Source: Promethearchaeota archaeon
Lineage (GTDB): Archaea > Asgardarchaeota > Lokiarchaeia > Sigyniarchaeales > SOKP01
DNA length: 64,000 bases
Assembly (NCBI GenBank): GCA_016926735.1
Contig: JAFGOA010000187.1
Location: forward strand, 1-64,000
Direction: 5' to 3'
Made by a program: the position numbers and the translations under genes. This document shows, piece after piece, positions 21,292 to 31,581 of this stretch. The notes beneath the pieces are model-generated. The model saw only the letters and a list, made by a program, of their open reading frames with translations. It did not search any database and was not told the origin of the DNA. The number at the start of each line of letters is the position of its first letter. The stretch's first letter is position 1.

Positions 21292-22479
21292 TTACAATTT
21301 CTTTCTCTTATAAATTCCTATCCCAAATATACTAATGCCAATAACCAAAATCATCATGAAGAGATCATATCCTGGAACACTATTTGGACCTTCTGGAGGA
21401 GCAGTTACTTCAACAGTAACCGTATCAGAAACAATATTTCCGGCCTTATCTCTAACTTCAATAACAATAGTATACGTTCCAACTAATAAATGATCTACAT
21501 TGTATGTTATTGGGCCTCCAGATGTCCATTCACCACTATCTACGTTAGAATTTCCTATTTTAACAGTATAAGTATTAGGAAATGAATCAGTAGCCGTCCA
21601 TGTTATTGTATTTCCAGTTTCTCCAAGTTCAAATTTAATGTTAGGGGCATCAGATAGTACTGGATCAATTGATGGTAATACATTAACAGAAACTACGTCA
21701 GAATTACTATTCCCTACATCATCATCTACTTCTAACGAATAAGAATAAGTATTAGTTGATAATCCATCGATATTTATGGATATTGGAGCAGTAGATGTAT
21801 AGAATCCACTATCAACAGGAGTGCCGTCTCTCTTAATTGTATAATTCTTAGGACTAGCATCTATGACGTTCCAAGAGATGCTATTACCGCTCGAACCGAA
21901 TTCATAACTAATAGTACTGGGAGAAGTTATTTCTGGAGCGGCAGATTCAGCAACTATAAATTCACTATCAACACCTTCTGGTGTTCCTATAGTAGTAAGA
22001 TCAGCATTAATTAGAGTCTCCGCTGTAATATCAATAGGACAGTCACCCTCACCAATGCAAATCCAAGATATTATTACTAAATGTAATTCTGGACTAGGAC
22101 CTTTTCCTGTAGCATCAAATCCAGAAATCATTAGATCTCCAATTATGTTATCTACATTTCCAGCAGCAAAGAAACCATCTGGACTCGCTATTACATCAAC
22201 AGAATCATCTTCTTTTAATTTCACTTGCACTATAGTCGGATCAAATAATATATTGATTCCATATGCTGCACATTTCTCATATCCTGTGTTGGTATATACA
22301 TTAGTCGTAAATTCTTCACCGATTTCTAAATCCCCGGGATCATTCATCCAAACATCACCGGGACCATCAGCCGTCATAATCATATTTGAAGAATTAGTGA
22401 TATTTATATTTGGAATTAAAAAAAATATAAAGAAAACTATAAGAGTATTTATAGCTAATAATATATGTTTATTTTTCAT
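21292..22479 (-). CDS. Secreted surface protein: signal peptide, cohesin-like domain, two Ig-like repeats, C-terminal PGY sorting signal (Loki-CTERM-like)
   Basis: Likely start ATG 22479 (MKNKHILL...); GEEFTTNV...AAYGINILFDPTIVQV cohesin-like pattern; repeats GNSISW/GNTITW...VDSG...D.VGN/D.AGN; VPGY + transmembrane helix + KRKK tail. Confidence 0.75.
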   Translation of the reverse strand: MKNKHILLAINTLIVFFIFFLIPNINITNSSNMIMTADGPGDVWMNDPGDLEIGEEFTTNVYTNTGYEKCAAYGINILFDPTIVQVKLKEDDSVDVIASPDGFFAAGNVDNIIGDLMISGFDATGKGPSPELHLVIISWICIGEGDCPIDITAETLINADLTTIGTPEGVDSEFIVAESAAPEITSPSTISYEFGSSGNSISWNVIDASPKNYTIKRDGTPVDSGFYTSTAPISINIDGLSTNTYSYSLEVDDDVGNSNSDVVSVNVLPSIDPVLSDAPNIKFELGETGNTITWTATDSFPNTYTVKIGNSNVDSGEWTSGGPITYNVDHLLVGTYTIVIEVRDKAGNIVSDTVTVEVTAPPEGPNSVPGYDLFMMILVIGISIFGIGIYKRKKL

Positions 22480-22934
22480 TATAATGCGCTCAATGCTATT
22501 TTTTTGAGTTAATATCTTTGAAAAACTCAATAAAGGGGTTTTATTAAGATAAAAAAGGTATTTTAACCTATATTAAAAAAAAAGAAGGTATTATTTAAAA
22601 TAATATGGAGAAATATAGAATCATCTTTTTGTGAAAAACCTGAAAAATTAAAATTTCTTCATAAAATAAAAAAATTGAGATATAATCTCTACAGATATCA
22701 GAAAATTATTCAAGAATTTAATAGAATCTGCATTATACTCGATTTTAATTTAAATGTAATTTTAAACGAAGTGATGGAGGATAAAAAAAACTTGATATTG
22801 TAAAAGTTGTAGTAGTTCACTCAGATATAGGAATTCATATATTAGAAGGGATTATTTAAAAAAAATTCCACAAAAATCTGTTTTTAACAAAATAATCTGT
22901 TTAATTAGGGAAAATATATTTATAAAATTTAACC

Positions 22935-23333
22935 TCAGGATTTGAGATTGTTTTTTTTTAACGAATCTTGAATATCCACTTTAAAATCAGAAAAGGTTGA
23001 GACATCCCCATACCAACAATCTAAAATATCATTGTATTTATCGAAGAATTTTCTGGATATTTTATAAAGTTCATCGAAAATCTTCTTTTCACTTGTCTTT
23101 ATAGAAGTATTAGCTACAAATAAGAAGTTTTTTCGTTTAATTATTCCACATCTTTTTTTTGATAATTCAAAACTTGAAAGACCTTCGTTTGCTAATATTT
23201 CTGCAAATGTGTTAAGAGCACTCATCAATCCTCCAAAAAGTTGAGAATCAAATTCTTTTTGAAAAGTCCTATTAAATAAGACAATACCAGAAGTTGATTC
23301 TAATATCCAAAGATCTTGAAGAATTTTAGCCAA
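22935..23333 (-). CDS. Longin-like domain protein (Asgard eukaryotic signature protein)
   Basis: LWIL...SGIVLF, DSQLFGGLMSALNTFA pattern typical of Loki longin-fold proteins. Confidence 0.75.
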   Translation of the reverse strand: MAKILQDLWILESTSGIVLFNRTFQKEFDSQLFGGLMSALNTFAEILANEGLSSFELSKKRCGIIKRKNFLFVANTSIKTSEKKIFDELYKISRKFFDKYNDILDCWYGDVSTFSDFKVDIQDSLKKNNLKS

Positions 23334-23693
23334 CTTGATTTCCTTTAACCGATTTCTTTTTTTAGATCTAATAAATTAGAAATTTAAAAAATTATACAAT
23401 TTATTTATTTTTAATTCTTAAAAAAATTTTAAGGAAAAATAAGCATACATAATTAGATATTTAGGTTATGATAAAAATAAGAATAAATAATTCATTTTAA
23501 AGAAAAATCTTAGAATTAGAAATATCTCTTAATTATTTTAAAAATTTATAAATATTTTCTAAAATTAGTTAAATTCAGATATATTATATATTCTTGCGAT
23601 TCTAAAATTCAATTAATTTTTTAGAAAAACTTTATATATTGTCCTTAATTTTTACCTAAATAATTTACATCAATAATAAGGTATCCTCTCAAA

Positions 23694-24164
23694 ATGAAGG
23701 ATATAATAATCATAAAACAACCTTGTTGTAAAGAAGAATTTGATGAGATGTATAATTTAAGATGGAGTCTTCTTTATCATCCTTGGAATCAGCCAAAAGG
23801 TTCTGAGAAAGAGTGTGATAAATTTTTTTTCAATGAACGAGTTTTCCAATTCATTACTATTCTTAAAGAGAAAATTATTGGCACCGCACAATTCCATATC
23901 AATAATGAATATGAAGGACAAATTGAATACTTAGCTGTTCATGATGATTATCAATGTCAAGGAATAGGAAAAAAACTAATTGAACATATAGAGTGGTTTG
24001 CTAAAGGATTGGGAATTCCTTATATATCTTTAAATGTTATAAAGAAATCAAAACATCTCTTTGAGAAATTGGATTATCATATTATTGGGGAAGGTCCATT
24101 ATTATTTAATGAAAAAAAACAATATAAAATGGGTAAAAATATCATACCAATCCTTATTTGTTAA
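23694..24164 (+). CDS. GNAT N-acetyltransferase
   Basis: LAVHDDYQCQGIGKKL acetyl-CoA motif A. Confidence 0.9.
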   Translation: MKDIIIIKQPCCKEEFDEMYNLRWSLLYHPWNQPKGSEKECDKFFFNERVFQFITILKEKIIGTAQFHINNEYEGQIEYLAVHDDYQCQGIGKKLIEHIEWFAKGLGIPYISLNVIKKSKHLFEKLDYHIIGEGPLLFNEKKQYKMGKNIIPILIC

Positions 24165-24247
24165 AATTAATAGATAGATTATAACCTTTTGAATACCTTA
24201 TTAAAATAAGAATAATCTATTTTGAAAAATTATAAATTATATAAAAA

Positions 24248-24895
24248 ATGAAAAGGGAAACAGATCTCCGTTTTGAAGTGATTAGCGTTGCAAAAACCAT
24301 CTTCAAGAAAGGATTAGTTGATAATTGGGAAGGAAATGTGAGTATTAGAAGTGATTTAAAACAAGAATTCTATATAACACCAACTTTAAATAATTATCTC
24401 GATTTAACCGAAGAAAAAGTTGTACATATGGATTTTAATGGAAAAATTCTTAGTAATGGAACAAAACCTTCTACAGAAGCAAAAATGCATTCATTACTAT
24501 ATAGCAATAGAAAAAAGGTCCGCTGTATTATTCATACTCATTCTTTATATGCTACAATTCTATCAATTAATCATACAAATATACCAATTATTATGGAAGA
24601 GCAAGTTATTTTGTTAGGGGGGTCTATTGAAATTTCTGAATATAAAGTAGCTCATACGGAAGAAATTGGGAGGGCTGCTCTAATTGCCTTAAATAATAAA
24701 AATGCTGCTTTATTAGCTAATCATGGTGCAATTATTTGCGGAAAAACAGTTGAACATGCTATTAAATTTGCAGAATTTCTAGAAAAACTATCAAAAATAT
24801 ATTGGGGAGCATTACAAATTGGAAATCCACAAATTCTTTCAGATAAAGATTATGGGGGCTTTCTTGGAGATTTCGAAAATATGTTTTCATGTTGA
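24248..24895 (+). CDS. Class II aldolase/adducin family protein (fuculose-phosphate aldolase-like)
   Basis: EGNVS, PSTEAKMH, IIHTHS, LLANHG. Confidence 0.92.
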   Translation: MKRETDLRFEVISVAKTIFKKGLVDNWEGNVSIRSDLKQEFYITPTLNNYLDLTEEKVVHMDFNGKILSNGTKPSTEAKMHSLLYSNRKKVRCIIHTHSLYATILSINHTNIPIIMEEQVILLGGSIEISEYKVAHTEEIGRAALIALNNKNAALLANHGAIICGKTVEHAIKFAEFLEKLSKIYWGALQIGNPQILSDKDYGGFLGDFENMFSC

Positions 24896-24995
24896 GATAA
24901 AATTAAGATATATAATATATAATTATTCTCTCCAGAGCTTTTATTTATTATTTTGAAAATATAATAAAAATTTAGTTAATAAAAAGTTGATATGA

Positions 24996-25826
24996 TTGAA
25001 ATTAGGTATAAGTTCACTTGGTTATATTATTAATTGTGGAAATAACAATTCTTATCCTTCATTAATAGAATTAGTTTTAGATTCAACTCAAAAATGTTTG
25101 ATTGATGCTGAGAAGTATGATTTAGATGTATGTGAAATTGTGTTTGAGCCCTCAATAATGTTATCAGGAGAAAATAAGCTTTCTCTTGTTGATTTATGCA
25201 ATTCTTTCTCGATTGAAAAACAGATTCATGCTCCTTTTATAGATGTATCCTTATGTTCTTTAAACTCGGAAATAAATAATGCTTCTTTAAAACTTTATAT
25301 AGAATCGGGAAGAATAGCTAAAGAGATTAGATCAAAAATAATTACAATTCATCCAGGATTTGGAAATATCCTAATTAAATCCCTTCGTAAAAATAATATT
25401 GAAATTTTGGATAAAAATATAAAATTTCTTTTAGAATCAACAGAAAAAATGGATTTAACATATTGCTTGGAGAATATGCCTAAAATGTTACATATTTTTT
25501 TAGATGTAGATGAAATAGAAAGGTTCTTCTTTATTAATAACAATAATAATCTCTATATGACTTATGATACCTCTCACTTCTGGACTTGTCATGGCGATAT
25601 CTCCAAATTATGGAAAAAACTCTCTAAAAAAATAAAAAATATTCATCTAGTTGATAATTTTGAAAGAGATAGTGATCCTCACCCAGGATTAGGAAATGGT
25701 AAAATCAACTTTAATGAAATTTTTCAATTAATTAAAGAATATCAATATAACGATTCTTTAATAATAGAATTATCCAATTCGGACGATATTCCAAAAAGTA
25801 TTGAATATATCAGACAATATTTTTAG
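24996..25826 (+). CDS. Sugar-phosphate isomerase/epimerase (xylose-isomerase-like TIM barrel)
   Basis: IHAPF, IHPG, LENMP, YDTSH, IHLVDN...D.H...GNG.INF. Confidence 0.85.
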   Translation: MKLGISSLGYIINCGNNNSYPSLIELVLDSTQKCLIDAEKYDLDVCEIVFEPSIMLSGENKLSLVDLCNSFSIEKQIHAPFIDVSLCSLNSEINNASLKLYIESGRIAKEIRSKIITIHPGFGNILIKSLRKNNIEILDKNIKFLLESTEKMDLTYCLENMPKMLHIFLDVDEIERFFFINNNNNLYMTYDTSHFWTCHGDISKLWKKLSKKIKNIHLVDNFERDSDPHPGLGNGKINFNEIFQLIKEYQYNDSLIIELSNSDDIPKSIEYIRQYF

Positions 25827-25889
25827 ATTTTTTGTTCAAATCTTTAAAAAAAAAAAGTTTTATATTTATTTCGGTTTTATTATAACATA

Positions 25890-26285
25890 ATGTCACCTAT
25901 TATATCGCTTCAAATTTCTAATGAATTACTCGAGAAATTTGAAAATATCCGAAAAATAAGTGGGTTTGATTCAAAAAGTCAAGCTTTAAGAGAATCTATA
26001 GTTAATTTTATAGAGAATTATGAAAAATATGAAAATTTAGAAGATTATAAAATAATAACTATAACATTAACTTATCCTTTTCGAGAGATAATAATAAATG
26101 AAATAACAGAAATCTTTTCTCAATTTAGTAATATTATTAAAACCGCTACAGATTGGAGAATTGCTGATAAAAAAATAGAAATCATTGTTGTTGTTAGTAA
26201 ACTAAGTTTGATAAAGGAATTGAAAAATAAATTATCAAATATCAAAGATGTTCTTTGTTCAATGCATAAAGTTATAATTGATTAG
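25890..26285 (+). CDS. Ribbon-helix-helix regulator with NikR-like architecture
   Basis: IISLQISNELL...GFDSKSQALRESI followed by an ACT-like C domain; the nickel-binding HxH is absent. Confidence 0.75.
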   Translation: MSPIISLQISNELLEKFENIRKISGFDSKSQALRESIVNFIENYEKYENLEDYKIITITLTYPFREIIINEITEIFSQFSNIIKTATDWRIADKKIEIIVVVSKLSLIKELKNKLSNIKDVLCSMHKVIID

Positions 26286-26297
26286 TTAATCATTTTT

Positions 26298-27182
26298 TCA
26301 TTCAAAACGAAGAGAAAGATCTACTTTCATTGCAGGAAATGATGTTAAGTCTCCTATACTAATTATATCTGGTTCTGAATCCAAATAATCTGAAATATTA
26401 TCAAGAGTTATACCGCCAGATACTTCTACCAGAATATTTTTATTTTTCCTTAGATTTGATTGGTTTAGCAAATAAATTGCTTTTTTAACATTTTCAGGGC
26501 TCATGTTGTCACACATAATTATATCTGCTCCATTTTTAGCAGCCACAAGAATATCCTCAACCTTTTCTATTTCTATTTCAATTTTTTTTGAATAACTTAC
26601 TTTATTTCTAATTTTTTTCAGTAGATTTTCAATATTACCCATATAATATCTCAAATGTGTGTCTTTTAGAAGAACCATATCATCTAAAGAAAATCTATGA
26701 GTATCTCCTCCTCCTAAATAAACTGCTTTTTTTTGGAAAATTCTGAGTCCTGGAAGAGTTTTTCTTGTACAAGAGAGTATTATCTTTTTTCCTGAGTTAC
26801 GAATAATATTTATAAATTCTTTTGTTGTTGTGGTAATAGAACTCATATTTATAAGTAGATTAAGTGCAATTCTTTCACATAATAAAATATTTCGCGTATT
26901 CCCTTTTAATTTTAAAATATTATCCCCCGATTTAATTGCTTCTCCATCTTTTTTAGAAAGAAATACCTGTATATCCAATAAACCAAATAAAATTTTAATT
27001 TCTTCTAATCCAGCAATGTAACCATTACTTTTAGAAATAATATTTGCAGATGTTACAGAATCTTCTGGAATGATTTCAGAACTTACATCATTAAAATAAC
27101 AATCTTCTTTTAGAAATGCTTTAAATAATTCTTCTACTCGAATTTTATTTAAATTCATAATTCTGTAAAGTGATTTTTTCAA
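26298..27182 (-). CDS. nadC: Quinolinate phosphoribosyltransferase
   Basis: ERIALN, TRKTLPGLR, GGGDTHRFSLDD, LKDTH, EVSGGI. Confidence 0.95.
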   Translation of the reverse strand: MKKSLYRIMNLNKIRVEELFKAFLKEDCYFNDVSSEIIPEDSVTSANIISKSNGYIAGLEEIKILFGLLDIQVFLSKKDGEAIKSGDNILKLKGNTRNILLCERIALNLLINMSSITTTTKEFINIIRNSGKKIILSCTRKTLPGLRIFQKKAVYLGGGDTHRFSLDDMVLLKDTHLRYYMGNIENLLKKIRNKVSYSKKIEIEIEKVEDILVAAKNGADIIMCDNMSPENVKKAIYLLNQSNLRKNKNILVEVSGGITLDNISDYLDSEPDIISIGDLTSFPAMKVDLSLRFE

Positions 27183-27279
27183 ATTAATTCTTTGCTATAA
27201 GAATTTAAAAATTCAGAATTTAGAATGATTAATTTCTAACTTTATTTATTTATTATTAAAATTAAGAAAAGGAATGAAA

Positions 27280-27678
27280 TTAAATAGAAATAATTTTGAT
27301 AAGATCTTCTTTACAATTCTTAATCGCCCAATCAAGTAATTGATCATAATAATGTTCAACATCATCAGAATCAGGAACTTTTGTTAAAATTGCTAAACAA
27401 AAGCTTGTGTCTCCTTCTGGAATAATTATATTTCTCATTATTATGAGATCCTCTCGAAATTTTATTTTGACTGTATCTAGTGTAGATAAATTCAACTCTT
27501 CCCTTGCTTTATCAGCAGCATCGCTTAATAAAGAACTCATAGCAGCAATAGCTTTTTCATCTGTGTCATCAACTTTCTGTGATGCTAACACTAATCCTGT
27601 AGCAGTTGAAAATAAAGAAGCTTTAAAATTTCCATTTTCATTTAGTTCTTTAAGAACTAATTCTAATCTTGATACCAT
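27280..27678 (-). CDS. Roadblock/LC7-domain protein
   Basis: ASLFSTATGLVLAS, DEKAIAAMSSLL; GGTGA RBS upstream. Confidence 0.8.
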   Translation of the reverse strand: MVSRLELVLKELNENGNFKASLFSTATGLVLASQKVDDTDEKAIAAMSSLLSDAADKAREELNLSTLDTVKIKFREDLIIMRNIIIPEGDTSFCLAILTKVPDSDDVEHYYDQLLDWAIKNCKEDLIKIISI

Positions 27679-27772
27679 AAATATTCACCTATTTTGAAAA
27701 ATATTATAGATAGTTATCTCGCATATTTTCTTAGTATTTATAATATATTTTAGATATTTAATTTTAACTTAT

Positions 27773-28303
27773 TTATTTTGAATGGAATTTAAGATTTATA
27801 ATAAAACTTGAAACAATACCCCTTTCGATATTTAGGATCATTACACTCGGTCTTGCAATAGGATTATCAAAACCTTTAATTTGATCTGGAGCTTTAGGTT
27901 TTGTAGGTGAACCTGGATTTAATAATAATGTATTAAAAACTGTTCCTTTGATTAATGGTTTATGTGTATGGCCAAAGACTAGTATTCCACCAATCAAATT
28001 CTTTTTTTTACAAAAAGCCTCTAGATTTTCTGGTAACTTATGAGTAATTCCAATAGTATATTGATCTACTTTTATTTCATTATAATCTTTTTTTTTTTCT
28101 AATTTATCATCATCTCCTGATACATAAATGGTTGGTGCTATCTTAATTAATTCTTTTAATAAATATTCATTATTAATATCTCCAGCATGTATTATTGTAT
28201 CAACATCTTTAAAGATTTGTTGTAATTCATTTAATAATTCGTTAATTTCTTTTTTTTCGAGACTATCAATATGAGTATCAGAAATTAATCCTATTTTTAC
28301 GAT
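27773..28303 (-). CDS. YfcE/Vps29-family metallophosphoesterase (about 176 aa, probable ATC start; the ORF track shows only its 3' part)
   Basis: Manual translation gives an open frame (I)VKIGLISDTH...IIHAGD...VSGDDD...GITH...FGHTH...NPGS; GGGTG RBS upstream and no in-frame ATG/GTG/TTG before the motifs. Confidence 0.85.
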   Translation of the reverse strand: MVKIGLISDTHIDSLEKKEINELLNELQQIFKDVDTIIHAGDINNEYLLKELIKIAPTIYVSGDDDKLEKKKDYNEIKVDQYTIGITHKLPENLEAFCKKKNLIGGILVFGHTHKPLIKGTVFNTLLLNPGSPTKPKAPDQIKGFDNPIARPSVMILNIERGIVSSFIINLKFHSK

Positions 28304-28316
28304 GATGATACACCCT

Positions 28317-29348
28317 TCAAATAGCGATAATTCCTATAATAAATATCATTATAGCTAAAATGAAATCCAAGAATATTCTTAACCACTTATCTTTATTAGA
28401 TTCTTTTATTTTCTTATCGTTTCTAAAATACGTCCCAAAAAATTTTATTCCTGTTTTAATACTTGCTTTAATTCGAGGATATTGCCAAAAGAATAATATA
28501 GTACTAATTATTAATAAAGGACAATAGATATAAAGAGCTATATTTATAAAATCATTTGGATAGTTCCATATTGTATGTGAAGATATAATATTATTAAGAG
28601 CATGAGCAAATATTAAAGGGAATAACCATTTTTTCCTTAATAAAAAGATTCCAAATATAATTCCTACAATAAAAGTTTGCAAAAACCAGAGAATAGGGAT
28701 CCAAGATATAATTCTGAACATATAAGTAAAATGACCGAAACCAAAATATAATGAAGAAATCATGACCGCAGACATTTTATGAAAGTAATCATTACCTCTT
28801 TTTACCAGTAAACCTCTTGCAATCGTTTCTTCATATAAAGCAACAGATATATGTATTATTATCGTTGAAATTAAAAATATTAAATAATCCGAATTGATTA
28901 AATAAGCACTTAATTCCGAATTAGATTGCAGAACATTAGCACTATATTCAATTGTCTCTGGAAATAATCCATAGAATAAAAAATCAAAGGGAATAAAAAC
29001 AAGAAATAGTATCAATATTCCATATAATAATTGATATTTTGCATTTTTTTTTCCTATAGAATATAGTTTTAACTGACTTATTGCTGGATTTTTTTCTTCT
29101 TGGGATCTCCAATTAAAGATTTGATCTGTCAATAGAAGAAATAGAGGGATTATTATTATACTACCTAGGGCTCTTAATAAAAAGAAAAGTGGTGCATAAT
29201 ACTCAGATGTTGTTTCAATTAAATTTGGTAATAATAATTGTGGTATAAAATTGAAAATTAACAATCCTATAAAGATAATTATTATTTCTACGAGGAACCT
29301 TCCTCTTTGGGTCATAATAGTTTCTGAAGCAGTAGGTTGAGAAAACAA
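28317..29348 (-). CDS. CPBP (Abi/Rce1-type) intramembrane metalloprotease
   Basis: EETIARG, FGFGH, AHALNN in a multi-TM protein. Confidence 0.88.
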   Translation of the reverse strand: MFSQPTASETIMTQRGRFLVEIIIIFIGLLIFNFIPQLLLPNLIETTSEYYAPLFFLLRALGSIIIIPLFLLLTDQIFNWRSQEEKNPAISQLKLYSIGKKNAKYQLLYGILILFLVFIPFDFLFYGLFPETIEYSANVLQSNSELSAYLINSDYLIFLISTIIIHISVALYEETIARGLLVKRGNDYFHKMSAVMISSLYFGFGHFTYMFRIISWIPILWFLQTFIVGIIFGIFLLRKKWLFPLIFAHALNNIISSHTIWNYPNDFINIALYIYCPLLIISTILFFWQYPRIKASIKTGIKFFGTYFRNDKKIKESNKDKWLRIFLDFILAIMIFIIGIIAI

Positions 29349-29402
29349 ATTATTTTTCCTTTAAATTTATAATAATTTAAAGTTTATTACAATTTAAAGA
29401 TT

Positions 29403-30374
29403 TTAAACTTTTTTATTTTTATTTCTTAAATAATGGGCAATATCTTCTTTTATAGGAATTCCCTTTCTGGCTCCTAATTCTTGAATACATTTTCCAGCAA
29501 TATAATTTCCTAATCTAACATTATTTACAAGATTATCAAATTCGAAGCTTAAATTTTGAAAAAAGCCATAAATAAAACCAGCAGAAAAAGCATCTCCTGC
29601 ACCAGTTGTATCTTTAACATTTTCGATTATGTTCGATTCTACTAAAGAGGATTTATTTTTTGACACTAATAAAGCACCCTTCTTACCTAAAGTGATAATA
29701 ATAGTTTTAAGACCAAGTTCCCAGAATTTTTCATTTTTTTCAATCAAATAATTTGTATTGTTAGGGATATTTTTAATATGTATTAATTTACAATATTCTT
29801 TTTCTGATAAAATTAAAATATCAATTTTTTCAAGTAAGAGTTCGATATTATCGAATCCTTGATCTATTATCAACATACCGGGGTTTAAAATTACAGGAAT
29901 CTTATTTTTCTTTCCTATTTTCCCTGCTTTAATAAAAGGTTTTAAATTTTTAAGACTACTTAAAAAAAGAACCTTTGATTTAATTAACTCATTTTCAATA
30001 ATATCTTCTTCTGATAAATAATTAGCAGCACCACTATAAGCATAAATTCTTCTGTCTGCATTCTTATCTAGAGCAATATATGTTGAACCTGTTTGATAAT
30101 CATTTGAATATTTAATTAAGTCTGTATTTACACTATTATTTTTAAAATCACTGAGAATCTTATTTCTATATTCATCATCAAATCCTAGTTTTCCAATAAA
30201 AGAGGTATTTAAACCTAATTTACTACATGCTACAGCAGTATTTGCAGCAGCTCCTCCAAATAACATTAGTAATTTGGAAACAAATACTTCATCATCTTCT
30301 AAAGGATGTCTATCTACTTGTGCTACTATATCAATTAATGCGGCACCAATACATATAACATCAAAATTATTCAT
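29403..30374 (-). CDS. PfkB/ribokinase-family carbohydrate kinase
   Basis: GGAAANTA, ITLGKKGA, DTTGAGDAF. Confidence 0.93.
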   Translation of the reverse strand: MNNFDVICIGAALIDIVAQVDRHPLEDDEVFVSKLLMLFGGAAANTAVACSKLGLNTSFIGKLGFDDEYRNKILSDFKNNSVNTDLIKYSNDYQTGSTYIALDKNADRRIYAYSGAANYLSEEDIIENELIKSKVLFLSSLKNLKPFIKAGKIGKKNKIPVILNPGMLIIDQGFDNIELLLEKIDILILSEKEYCKLIHIKNIPNNTNYLIEKNEKFWELGLKTIIITLGKKGALLVSKNKSSLVESNIIENVKDTTGAGDAFSAGFIYGFFQNLSFEFDNLVNNVRLGNYIAGKCIQELGARKGIPIKEDIAHYLRNKNKKV

Positions 30375-30387
30375 ATTCTAAAAACCA

Positions 30388-31572
30388 TTAAATATATGTG
30401 AATTTTCCAAATTCTGACTGAATTTCTAAAGTATTTTTATTTTTCAATGGAGATTTCTCACAAAAACCAATAATTTTAGCTTCAATATCAAATTTACTTG
30501 CAATATTTATTATATCTTTAGAAATTGATCGATCGCAATATAATTCCATTCGATTTCCCATATTAAAAACCCTATACATTTCCTCCCAAACAGCTTTAGA
30601 AGATTCTTGAATAATTTTAAAGATTTTTGGAATTGGAAACAAATCATTTTTTATAAATTTTATATTTTTTCCAAAATTCAAGCATTTTGTCTGACCTCCT
30701 CCTGTATTATGTATGATGGCATTTATTTTTGATCTATATTTTTTTAGGATTTTTAGTAAAACAGGAGCATAAGTTCTTGTGGGAGATAGTAACGCTTTTC
30801 CTATGGTTGTATTTTTTTCATCAATAATATCTGATAATTTATAATTTCCATAGAAAACAAAACTTTCCTGCAACTTGTTATCATAACATTCTGGATATTT
30901 ATCGAAATATTGATGAGAGAGTACACCATGTCTTGCTAAAGTAAGACCATTGCTCCCAATTCCACTATTATATTCTTTTTCATAACTGGCTTTTCCAGTA
31001 CTAGATAACCCGATAATAACATCTTTTTCAGATATATTATCAGCATTTATAACCTCATCTCTTCTCATTGTAGTGAATACAGAGGCGAATACTGAAAGTG
31101 TTTTTATTATATCTCCCATATCTTCTGTTTCACCTCCACTGGTTTTGATATTTAATCCGTATTTTGTTAGAAACTCACAATAAGATTCATATTCATCAAT
31201 AATTTCATTTATTATAAATCCATCTATATAATAAGCATTTCTTGCGATTGTATTTGAAAGAAAAATATTTTCTGTGCAACCCACACACATTATATCATCA
31301 ATATTCATTACAATTGCATCTCTAACTATACCTCTAAAGAGAGATAAATCTCCGGATTCTTTATAATACATATAGGCTAAGGTGGCTTTAGTACCTGCAC
31401 CATCTTCATGAAATATTGAGCAATAGTCTTTTCTTCCTGCAACATCTTCAACAATTTTGCAAAATGCACCTGGAAAGAGACCTCTATCTCTATTCTCAAT
31501 TGCTTTATGTACATCTTCTTTTGTTGAAGAAACACCTAATTTTGAATATATATCATTTTTATTTTCTCTCAT
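30388..31572 (-). CDS. purM: Phosphoribosylformylglycinamidine cyclo-ligase (AIR synthase), long variant
   Basis: YSKLGVSS, GLFPGAFCKI, DGAGTK, GGET, SNGLTLARH, HNTGGG, VFNMG. Confidence 0.9.
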   Translation of the reverse strand: MRENKNDIYSKLGVSSTKEDVHKAIENRDRGLFPGAFCKIVEDVAGRKDYCSIFHEDGAGTKATLAYMYYKESGDLSLFRGIVRDAIVMNIDDIMCVGCTENIFLSNTIARNAYYIDGFIINEIIDEYESYCEFLTKYGLNIKTSGGETEDMGDIIKTLSVFASVFTTMRRDEVINADNISEKDVIIGLSSTGKASYEKEYNSGIGSNGLTLARHGVLSHQYFDKYPECYDNKLQESFVFYGNYKLSDIIDEKNTTIGKALLSPTRTYAPVLLKILKKYRSKINAIIHNTGGGQTKCLNFGKNIKFIKNDLFPIPKIFKIIQESSKAVWEEMYRVFNMGNRMELYCDRSISKDIINIASKFDIEAKIIGFCEKSPLKNKNTLEIQSEFGKFTYI

Positions 31573-31581
31573 AGTAAGACA

